This document shows, piece after piece, positions 11,819 through 23,048 of a stretch of 32,910 nt of DNA. Under the pieces are notes generated by a model. It was not told the DNA's origin. It saw only the letters and a list, made by a program, of their open reading frames with translations, and ran no database searches. Origin of the DNA: Conidiobolus incongruus B7586. Its lineage: Eukaryota. The position numbers and the translations under genes were made by a program. Numbering within the stretch: position 1 is the stretch's first letter; each line of letters starts with the position of its first letter. The stretch spans positions 1-32,910 of the forward strand of contig JNEM01009702.1 of assembly GCA_000697335.1 (NCBI GenBank), read 5' to 3'.

Positions 11819-14508
11819 TTATTAATCTGAAACATTTACTAAAAATAAATTTAAGGTAACTATTAGACAAATTATTGTTGAGGTGGAATTAACTCCCCGA
11901 AAATTAATACTTGTAAAATATATAAGCATCTAATTCCTTCAATATTAAACAATACTTATTTATTATATTTCAATATTGTTTTTATTGCCGAGTTAAATAA
12001 CATTTGAAAATTTTATTGGAAAATACTTTATAATTTTAAAATATTGATTCGCTTATTAATATGATCCATAAAGAATATTTAATCTGAATTTTAATTTGAC
12101 CTTTAAAATTAATGTGATCACAAGATATTATAATTTAAATACAAAATAATCACAAGGAAAAAAATAAATAATAAAAGTTATTAATGTCCAGGTATATATT
12201 AAGCCAACAATAATATTACCCTCCTATTATATAGTTAATATGAATGACCATTGATAATATTCGTAATATTGATATAAAATTTCACCCTTGGTTTTATACT
12301 AACCAGAAAAGATAATTCAATAAAGTTTAATCTATATATATCTTTTAAAGAATGTTTTTTCTATAATTGCCCTAGATTTACCTATTTATGAATCTTAAAT
12401 GGCTTTGTTTATACGATATATAATGATCCAATTGCACAAATACTCTCATCCATTGACATCCAACTGACAGTCTATCGTTAAAATTACAATCCCATGTTAT
12501 TAAAAATTATATTAAACAGAGAAAATACCATGAAATCGTTAAATATGTTCTTTTTACAAACCGTTATATATATATATATATACATATTATCGTGACATGT
12601 CTAATATACACTAGCTTTACTATCTTTTAAATTTCAAATGTCTAGGCAAAGTATCACATTTTCAATGTTAAAATTTATCAACATATGATTATAACAGCTT
12701 GAAATTTCTTCAATTAAAAATATAGGGTCATAGTATATTATAATTAATTAATCTATAGCACTACATACAAAATTTAAATATTAATAACTGTAACAGAATA
12801 CCGAAATAAAATAACAAATTTGGGAGTATTGTATATTGATTGGAATGAAGGGTTAGCCCATTATTACATTTTATATATTTACAATAATTAATTTTTTATA
12901 TTCAATATACGGTGTTGATAAGAAATTAGTATAATATATTAGTAAAAAGTATTTTATAATTTATTACTATTTACATTATATATAATCACCAAGTTTCAAT
13001 AATTAAATTTTGATTCATTTTTGCAAAAAATAGGTCTGGATCAAGGTTTATTTATATTGGTACAATGATATTTCACACCATTTAACGAAATTAATCAAAA
13101 AATGATATGATATACAATTGATAAATCCGTATATAGTTGAAACTGATATAATATATATTTCGTTTCAAAATATTTATATGATTAACCTAATTTGAGGGTA
13201 AGATCATAAATTTCAATTCAATAAACATAATTATATTTGGATTTATATGATTTTCTATTAGAATAATAAAATATCTATTGAATAAATACGAAGAATATGA
13301 GAATTGATAATTTTATAACACTGAGTCTGATTTAATAGAATGACTAATTATTTCACAAAAACGTATATTTTGAAATTTTAATTTTATTAATCAGTGGTAA
13401 TTCGAATGCATAATATTAATTACTAAATTAAAATCATATAAATTCAATATAGCAGCGATTATTTGAGATAAATCAAAGTACATAATACTTAAAATATAGA
13501 ATTTGTGAAGAAATGTATTACTATTTTGTAAAACCAATCAATCTACTTGATAAAATTACACCAACAGAAAAAACTTTGAATTATTTTAAAATCGAAATTT
13601 CACAGATAATACACTTGGGCATATTTCACTATCATTGCTTTTGAGTCAAAATAAGTATTTCATAGTTCTAGAATTAGTATTTGAATTTTATATATTAATG
13701 TATTTGTATATATATTAAACTCATTTATATATAAAATTTTTGAATAGTAATATATATATATATATATGTGATAAATTAAAATTCCCAATCAAAATTTGAA
13801 ATAAACCCCAAGTTTTGAGGAATATCAAATTAATATATTATTATAATAAACTTGAAAAATTAATAGATTTTCGGAGAGTAAAGTTTTATATTCTTGCAAA
13901 AAGTAACAATAAAAATTAGATTAAATTAAATCAAATTCCAAATTATTATATTTCGAGTTATTAAAATAATATGCAAAATATTATTCAGAAGAATGGTTTA
14001 AATAAAGTTTATAGCAAATTATTTACACAAATATTTATAAACATAATATTTTGTTTTCTTTTTGAATATAAACTTAACACAATATTAATTAAAAATATAT
14101 CAAAAGTAGTGTTCGCATTAAGCAACTTGAAATTAAGAATCAGAATAAGAATATTTTATATTAAATAGATATATATTTAATATATTTGATATATGAATCA
14201 TATTCAATTTAAAATCAATATGATTTATTATTTGCGAAACATAATTATATAGGTTAATTCAAAATGGTCAATAGCCAATTAAAAATATTCAATAATATCA
14301 ATAATTGTAATTTACAGTTTTAATTAGTTATAGCCAAAATGATATCTAGATTATCACATTTTTAATATAATCTAAATAATGCATGAAAGTTGATATTTAA
14401 AACCTTGGTAAATATCAAAAAATAAATAAAATGGACAGATAAGTGAAGAATAAAATAAATGATGTGTGATATTAAACTGTATGCGAAATAAAAATGAACC
14501 ATTTCCAA

Positions 14509-17500
14509 TTATTCCAATCGGTTGATAATAATCGTAAAAGCAGTTTCGCGATCTTTAGACCACATCCACTGGCATTTCTCAACAAACTCAGTTTCTTTGT
14601 TAAAATCTATCTCTTGACCATTTGGATCCAAAAGCTTGGGCAGAGAAGCTTGACACTTGATCGGATTCAAGCCAACTTTGAGAGGAACTGACACACATAT
14701 CAAGTCTTTGTGTTTTTCTGAGAGCTTGTCAGATGTCGAAGGAAGTGGATGCAAACTTGATGAACGAAGATTAGCATTGAATTTGATCAACTTCTTTAGG
14801 CGAGGTTCAATTAGTTCACACTTGATCAAAACTTGATTATTCGAGTTGGGGACTGTCAATGTAAAATGATTTTTTTCTTCAGATGCAATTTCAAGTTTCA
14901 TAAATAACTTAGGAGAATCAATTACAATATTTGTAATAACCTTGGAGCTTGTATCTAAAAATCGATCAATAAACTAAATAAAAATAATACTATTGATGAC
15001 ACTTACATTGTTTGACTAACTCTACAAGTTGCAGATTGGGAGAGGGAACAGGAGAAAATGTACCGTTTTGAATCATAGGAGATGGTGTACTATCATTATT
15101 CTTATTATTGAAGCCTGAATTCGGGTGCTGAGAGAGTTGAGGAGGGATGTGGGGATTAGAGCCTTGGGATCCCGCTGAAAGGGTATGAGGATCAATTGCT
15201 TGAGGTATTCCAGTCATAGGCTGTTGTGTTATCATTGTATTAGGGATAGACATCTGAGTAAGGCCAAGTGCTGCGGTGTTATTCATTGAATTGGAATTCG
15301 CTGCAAGTTGTTGATACATAGTAGAAGCGTGTAAAGCCTGTTGTCTAGCCTGTTGCTCCATAAATCGCTGTTGCTGAAGTAATTGTTGTCGCTGAATAAG
15401 CTGTTCTTGTTGAGATAGACCCTTATGCTGTAAAAGTTGTTGCTGAAGTTGAAATTGTTGCTGTTGTGTTATTGGATCTAGATAAGGCCGTGACTTCATT
15501 AATTGACTCGCAGGGTGTGGCATGCTGGGATTGGGTAAAGCGGGTTGATAAGGGGATTGACCCATTTGGTTTTGCAAAGGATTTTGTAGATTTTGGGGCA
15601 TTGTTTGGGAGGTTTGAAGATTATTCATTGGAATTTGGGGAGAGATCGATGATTGATGAAGTGAATAAGGTAATCCGGAAGGTGCTGATATAGATGAAAC
15701 AACTGGTTGAGAATATAATTTATGAGGCTGAGCGCCTGGCAGAAAGCTTGTATTAGAAGAAGGCTGAGGAGATATGTACTCAGGAAGAATAGAAGCAGGA
15801 GGTTGTTGATACATACCAGATGGATGGGAAAACAGTCCAGGCTGAGTAGGATATAATGGATTCATTTGAATAGGAGCTTCATGTTGGCTAACTTGGTTCG
15901 GAGCAAAAGAATTCACTTGAGATTGCATCTGTGTTAAAAATGGGTGTTGACCTGGCATTGGCATTTGCGATTGCATAGAAGGAGTTAAAGGTTTTCTGGA
16001 TTGTATGTGGTGAAGGGCTGAATTAGGGATTGATGCTAGATTGTTAGTAGTCTGCTGATTAGTACTAGAATGCTGATCAAATTCAGAGTCAGCAGAAGCT
16101 TTGATCAATTTTCTAGTTTCATTAAGAGGAAATGTAGTATCCCCTAATAAGCTTGTTCTCCAATCTTTAATAGGTGGAAAGGGCGCTTTGGAATCAGGTA
16201 CATATCTATGGCCGCAATAAAATATCAAGTTTTGAGGGACAGGGAGATTAACGGGGATGTTGCGCCTATTTTTTATAGCGTCTACAAAACATAGTGATAT
16301 CAGGTTATCTTCACTGAGAGCAATAGTACTCTTTAATTTAAATACACATTGATTGAAAATGTTATCTGGAGGTTGATGTGAAGTCTTAATCTAAATCAAA
16401 TGTTTTAGAATAAAAATTAAAGTATAAATTCAAAAAAAAATACCTGATTAACATTGAGATATTTGGGACCAGTTAAGTAAAACTTATCACTAAAAATAAA
16501 AATGTTGATTAAAAAGTAAAATTAAAGGAATTGAATAATATTACCCGTTTCTAGAAATTTTGGTAATCTGAAGAATAATAGGCTCATTATAATCAGAATC
16601 ACGCATGAGCACAAAGTCATTTAAGCCATAAAGAACACCTCGAATGTTGCAAGATAAGTAATCAGTAACATTTCTGTGCTCTGCAATAGTTGGGATATCT
16701 TTCCCAGGGCTTGTGCTACGAAATTTATCTCTGTATTTTTCATACAATTGTTTCATCTTATTTATATCTTCTAAATTATATTCGGGAACTATACCGCAAG
16801 TTTTAATTGCATTGTCAAAGATCAAATTTACTTGAAAATCCAAAAAATCGAAATTTCTGATTGTTCTATTTAACCCAAGTATTAGATTAAAATGAACCGG
16901 ACTCTCGACGAGATCAAGATATGCTTTTAATTTAGTATCTTCTTCTTTGGTTAGATCAGGGTTGATAACATGTGGTCTAATGAAACCAGGTAATTCGCTC
17001 AAACTTTTTACGGTATCTTGTAATCCAGATTCTTCTGCAAATTCTAAAAATTCTTTCAAAAACATCTTCATAGCATTTGAGTACTTGGTTAAGATGGCCA
17101 AAAAGTGATTTGCAGAAGGCTCTTCAATATTAAAGCCGCTAAAATCTGGAATATTCGAGTCTTTGTCATCTGATTGATAGCCCTTTGAATCAACAATAAT
17201 TAATATAAGAATATTATGATAAAAATATAATAAAAATGATTTACCCTAGAATCTTTAAAGAGAGGTGTACCTTCACGAGGAGTACTGGTAGCGTCTCTAT
17301 TAGATGATGCTTCATTTTTACGTGATCTAGGCTTTTTCTTAGAATTAAATAATTTAACCCATTTGGGATCACTGCTGTCGGGAACGATATCCAAAGGATA
17401 TTGGCCATATGTATTTTGAGCTTTAATATTAGCATGATATTTTTCAATAAGTAGCTCACACGTCTCATATTGTCCATTGTAGGCAGCCCATATGAGTGGA

Positions 17501-18620
17501 GTAGAGCCAAAATAATCATCCGTTTCTTCTATATTCGCCCCCTGTTCGATTAGATGCTGGACGAGACCTTTGTGGCCATTGTAAGCAGCACAATGAAGTA
17601 AAGTCCAATTATAAGAAATCCCATCAAGCTTAGTGGGAAAAGCTTGATTAATGTCTTTGGGTAGAGGAATATAAAAATCATAAGGAAAGTCCTTGTCTTG
17701 ATTTTTAGCAATAAAAGACATTAATTCAAGTACACTTTTTGGCGGTTCTAAATTTGAATGATTCAAAATACTTATTAATTGTTTTAAAACCTAAATTCGA
17801 TAATGAAAATTACTTTTATTTCCCGATCCAGATTTCTTCAATTTAGGATAAGATTCGTCGATATCTTGGTCAGTTAATTGAGATAAGGATTGTCTGTCTA
17901 TTTAAAATTAAATAAAATTGTGATAATTAAATACGATGAAAATGAGTACCTCTTTTAGATGATCTTGAAGGTTGTTGTTTCATGTCTAAACTCCCATCGT
18001 TATCATTTTCTTGAGTCTTCTTTTTAGGCTTAGAAGATGGCTTCTGATAAGTTGGATATGATTTGCAAAATTTATCGATTGTGACAGCATCTTCATAAAC
18101 CTCACTCCCTGGCATATTATAATGTTTAGCATTTTTAACTAATAAATCAAAATCTTCAAATAGCAGTGACCAATCTGGATATTTGTTAGATTCAATATTA
18201 TTTTTAATCATATCCAGACAAATTGGATTGGTAATAGCCTTATAATAATCAGGATACTCTTTTCTGCTAGGTAATTCATGAAATAAATCACAAATGAATC
18301 GATTACTATTAATTAAAAAGTAAGTTGGCATAATTAAATGTAAATATTGAATAAATGATATTACTCTTCCGTCAAACCTACTACTTTGGCAAAAAATTGA
18401 AGCATTTCCTTTTTAAGGGTTTTAAAATCGACATCTTTCGATTCCTATTTCAAAGTTAAAATTTCATTTATATGAAATGTTTGTTTATATTTACTGTTTG
18501 CTGTTTGGCACTTCTTGCTAGAGACTGTCTTGTAATTGGTGAATTAGATGTATTTGAATTGTGATCTAATTCTTCTAATTTTATGTTATTCGATTTATTT
18601 TTAGATTTTTGAGGAGACAT
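14509..18620 (-). CDS. RSC/polybromo-like chromatin remodelling subunit: bromodomain, ankyrin repeats, degenerate bromodomain, BAH, Q/P-rich region and putative Rsc4-type Ig-like C-terminal domain; about 1220 aa, 9 exons
   Basis: Exons 18620-18495, 18444-18365, 18305-17950, 17897-17814, 17747-17245, 17182-16545, 16489-16444, 16390-15007 and 14954-14509 join in frame (introns 50-66 nt). BD1: LFHELPSRKEYPDYYKAITNPICLDMIK...LLVKNAKHYNMPGSEVYEDA. Ankyrin: WTLLHCAAYNGH...GSTPLIWAAYNGQ. BAH: IRGVLYGLNDFVLM...EPIILQITKI...IFYCGHRY...IKDW. Confidence 0.85.
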
Positions 18621-19556
18621 TTAATTTTAATGAACTATTTTAAATAAATATTAGAATCAATGTTAAGTTAAATGCTTGAAAATAATTTAAAAATTAAATT
18701 TTCAATGAAATGTTTTAGTCGAGACTAGAATATTAAAATTATAACATTTTATGGATTTTGAATAGTTTGAAAATATATGAAAACTTTGTATTACCCCTTA
18801 TAACTATTTTAATTAAGATATTAATTAAATTTATAATGAATAATTTTACAATTTGATGATAATAATAAATGAATAAGATATTGCTCAATCAATTTCACAT
18901 TTTAATCGATTTTATTCCCCTTGAATTTTTATGGGATTATATTACAAATATATTTACTCTTTTTTGAATTAATCACGTGGTACAAAACCATTTGCTTCTA
19001 TTAAATTGATATGGATTTTGGAATAACTAAAAATGGAAATGTTCCTTTTATATTTAGTTGCTACAAGAATTTGAATTCAATTATAAAATGAATGGTTATT
19101 CATATTTTTTTTCAATTTCCTAAATAAATTATGAAAGAAGTGTTTACCGCTGTAACAATTTTAATTTCAAATATTATATTCAAATGAATAAACTGTAGAA
19201 GTTTTAAATTGAACATTTCTAATAACTTAGGATATCAATCAAAATACAAAATCGAATTTCAGTCATCACTGCAAATATACAAATAGATATTGATCTCTTT
19301 AGAGTTTTATCCATTAATTTGAACAAAAATTGTTCTCTTGGATCAGATGTATATCAATGAAATGAAATTAATAAATTCATATTCACTGCAGGAAAACCAC
19401 TCAAATATTCATAAAGAATATAAATGAGTATTTATAAACTATCGAATGAATAGAACTATCCCATACACGATATTTTTATTGAATATTAACTAAATTAAAT
19501 TAGTTGAAGACCATAATTAATATAGCCATTTTTGATGATTTCGTTAAATGAATCAC

Positions 19557-21200
19557 TCAATATTTGGCTAGAAGGGATAATAATCTCAGTCTGTTCTTGA
19601 GTTTTGGTTTTCTTCGTTTGGACATTGATTCCAGATAGTCCACATTTTTGATTTTCACTTTGATTGAGGCAATTGTGTCAGTGGGTAAAAAGTAGATCGA
19701 TTTACATATTGTACAAGTATACCTTGAATGAGATGATGCTCGAGGGAAACTAAATAATGCAGTACATCTATCTTTAATGTGACCATTAAGACAGGGAGCT
19801 TTTTTAGGATGATTCAATTCAATCTTTTTTGAGAATATGAGACAAGATTCAAAGTAGTCTTTGAACTCCAATAATGCTGGATTAAAATTAGACTTCCATT
19901 GATCTCGTAACTTAGTTTCATATTCAGTATCATTTTTTTTGCAAATTAAGTGAATTACTTGGAACCAATAATTTTCAATTTTTAAGAAGTATTATTCATT
20001 ATGGTGTAGTAAGCAATAATGGAAGGAAATACCCGTAAACTTATAGGATGGATACTTATAACAAAATTAACCAATTTACATATCGAATCTACATGATTGA
20101 TGTCATTCTTTTTATACTTATGAATAAATTTGCCTTTGAATACGTCAAAAAGCTCCAAACCAGAAAATAGCAACTAAAATTTTCAAAATATGATTGGTAA
20201 ACGAGTGAATTTGGAATATTTATCTTGATAATATAATATATACTTTACTAATCTGTGTAAGTAGAAAGCATTAAATTTAGTAAATTCGATAATTGCTTCC
20301 CGAGGTTTAATTCGTAATTGTTGGCTACTTTCAATGTGATGATATAACCCAAATTTTCAACAAATCCTCTCCTTCTAGGGCAATGGTTTGAGCTCAATAT
20401 CCCTTCTATCCTTTTAAAAACTCAGGATTGCACTATTAATAAATAGGCAATGTCATCATCCCACTTTAACTCCCAAAATTTGGGATAAAGTCTGGCACCG
20501 AACTACTCCACTTAAACGCGATGCATACTTGGCCTTTTGAAGGGCTTGCAGTTACTCCATACCACAAAGGGAAAACTAGCTGAGCCTGTCCAAATTTCTC
20601 TTCTTATTCGACATCACTATCGTTATCGTTGTTTTCAGTGATTGTCTGGTAGTTTGCTGATCTGGGAGTATATAGGAAATCCAGCTGAGGTTGAATTTGT
20701 TGGATCAGCTGGTTGAAGTTCTGATTTAGAGCTGTTTGAATTTGTGAAGAATTGTAATGGATATGATTTAATCCTTCAAGGTGGTTAAGGAATAAAATTG
20801 ATTCCAGATCCTCATTCCAGATAATTAATGACCGATAAAACATATCTGAACAGAAATAAAAAACATGAAATTTAACCAAAGAATTAAAATATATGAAATG
20901 TTTGTCAAGATGTTATGGTCCTTTTGAACCCCACTCTACTTTCATATAAAATCCACTATTTAGTAGATAAGCTGCATATGAGTCTTTATGACAAATAAGG
21001 AAGCACATTAATATAAGATTGTGTTCATTTACTAACGATAGCTGCTACTTAATTCCATCCACCTTCACCGTCATTATTAGGAACTTATAAAGACAATTTA
21101 AGCTCTAGCCAATTACTAATTGAATATGGTTCATTAGGTGCTTTAATGGCATCAATAATTCTAAATGGCTTTGAAGGTTAATGATTCTGAAAATCTAATA
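19557..21200 (-). pseudogene. Probable pseudogene of the TFIIIC subunit GTF3C4/Tfc8/Sfc9 family (C-terminal zf-TFIIIC zinc finger)
   Basis: ESCLIFSKKIELNHPKKAPCLNGHIKDRCTALFSFPRASSHSRYTCTICKS resembles the CxxC...CxNGHxxxRC...RxCxxC finger, with one Cys read as Phe (TTC). Upstream WD-like segment WYGVTASPSKGQVCIAF (about 20564-20515). In-frame stop at 20606-20604, frameshift near 19985-19995, retained GT-AG intron 20248-20174. The 5' boundary is approximate. Confidence 0.6.
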
Positions 21201-22204
21201 GAAGTAAATAAAATTCAATTTTATGAAATTAAAATATTGAATTAAGCACTAAAACAATCTAAAATTTAATATGTAAATTCGACTATCTTCAGATCATTTC
21301 ACACAGTTAGGTCCTATAATACTTCCAAGGATGGTAATTGATATAATATTCATTTATATCAATCTTGTTACAAGTATTATAATCAACACAATTATTTAAT
21401 ATCCTTTAATTTTTTTCATATATTCTTGAAGTCTCCAAATCACCTTTATTAAATTTTTATTAATTTGAAATTTTGATTATGGGATAATTTAAACACAATA
21501 TTTTCAATATGATTAATTTCTATTCACTAATCAATAGTCTTGATTTTATTAATATTATAATTCAACTTAGTTCTATTTGATTATATTAATTAGAAATGTC
21601 CTCAAATTTGGTTTAATTCTTTGCTAATTTTTTTAATTAAGTATAATTTTGATTATTCTATAATTTAATTAATTGATTCAAGTATATTCCATTAATAATC
21701 TGATGAACTTTAACTTTGATTAATATAAAACATTTCGAAAACATAATACTATACAAATAATATATAATATAGTAATAAAACATCTGCTAATTTAAATCAA
21801 TCCTAATTATATAATAGAGTTGGCTCAATTTTTAATTAAATATTCAAAATTTATATCTATAATTGTGATATTTAAATATGCAGATAAATTAAAAAAAATT
21901 CAATTGATATGATTAATTTGAATTGTTACATAGATTGATTGATTTATAACCAATATATATATCGACATTGAGAGTTATTATAAATCTATTGATTAAATGG
22001 GTATAGATCAAATCATTATTAATTTTGATAATATTTATATCATATGACTAATTTTTTAATTGAGGTATTAAGATTTTTAATTTATTTGCCAACTTAAAGT
22101 TTAAAATAATGAATGGTTAATTATGACACCAGTTAAAATATCGATTTTAATCTTGGTATCCTTGTAATTCACATATATTGTTAAAATGAGGTGGCAATTT
22201 ATTA

Positions 22205-22460
22205 TTACAAGATTTCAACAAATGATATAACTGACGCTCGATTAAATATATTAAATACTTTATTGCCTTTTAGATAATACGAATATCTTAAAATCTCCAG
22301 ATTTTGGAAGAATATTACCGAAATTTGAGGTTTGAATTGAATTTCCATAAATTGCCAAGTGTAATTTACGTAGATTACGCAAGTGCGCAAACATTTGATT
22401 CACTCTTTGAACCTCAATTCTCAAAGACAATATTTCTACCATACTGATAAAGCTGAACAA
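22205..22460 (-). pseudogene. Possible leucine-rich-repeat (F-box/RNI-like) gene fragment
   Basis: Short frame containing VEILSLRI...FAHLRNLRKLHLAI, an LxxLxxLxL pattern. No ATG-led complete gene could be assembled. Confidence 0.3.
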
Positions 22461-22696
22461 TTAAACTAATTTTATTATATTACTCATTATTTTACATATC
22501 CAATATATGAATACACTTAAATTGTATATATCTTATATCAAATATTCTATCTAGAAATGATTCTAACATGTGAGCATATATTAGAATAGTCTGTTTTGCA
22601 AAAGTTTTGAGCAAAAATATATAAACATGATAACAGATTTAAGTTGAATTTCCTATCAAAGGCCCGACCAAGTTTTTATATACAGCTATATTCAAA

Positions 22697-22985
22697 GTGA
22701 CGTGTTCATGCAAATATTTAATAAATTATGATTTGTTGAATAGATGAAACTAAAGGAAGTGGTTTGATTGGAAATTTGATATTCACAAAAATATCATTTT
22801 CTTCTAAATTCACCTTGTTTTATTGATTTCATCAAAGTCCAATCATAAAATGACATAAAAAATTATTAAAATCTAACACTTTGAATTTTCCAACCATCCA
22901 ATCATATTGAGTGATTAATTTGGATTTATCTTTTGTTTCTATTTGACTGGATGACGAATTGGTATTTTAAAAATGGAGTATAAAT
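22697..22985 (+). promoter_or_regulatory. Promoter of the PB1-UBA gene: TGACGT bZIP site, four CCAAT boxes and a TATA box
   Basis: GTGACGTGT at 22697-22705. ATTGG at 22767-22771 and 22958-22962, CCAATCA at 22839 and 22898. ATGACGAA at 22951. TATAAAT at 22979-22985, about 65 nt before the ATG. Confidence 0.5.
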
Positions 22986-23048
22986 ACTTGAAAAGGGTCC
23001 TTTCGCCATATTACTGTTTAATTTGGATTCTTAATTATTTTTATTAAC

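Noticed and set aside
12150..12520. Possible relic of a membrane-protein (7TM-like) gene on the - strand
   Set aside because: Hydrophobic translation with many stops and no diagnostic motif. It cannot be told apart from AT-rich background.
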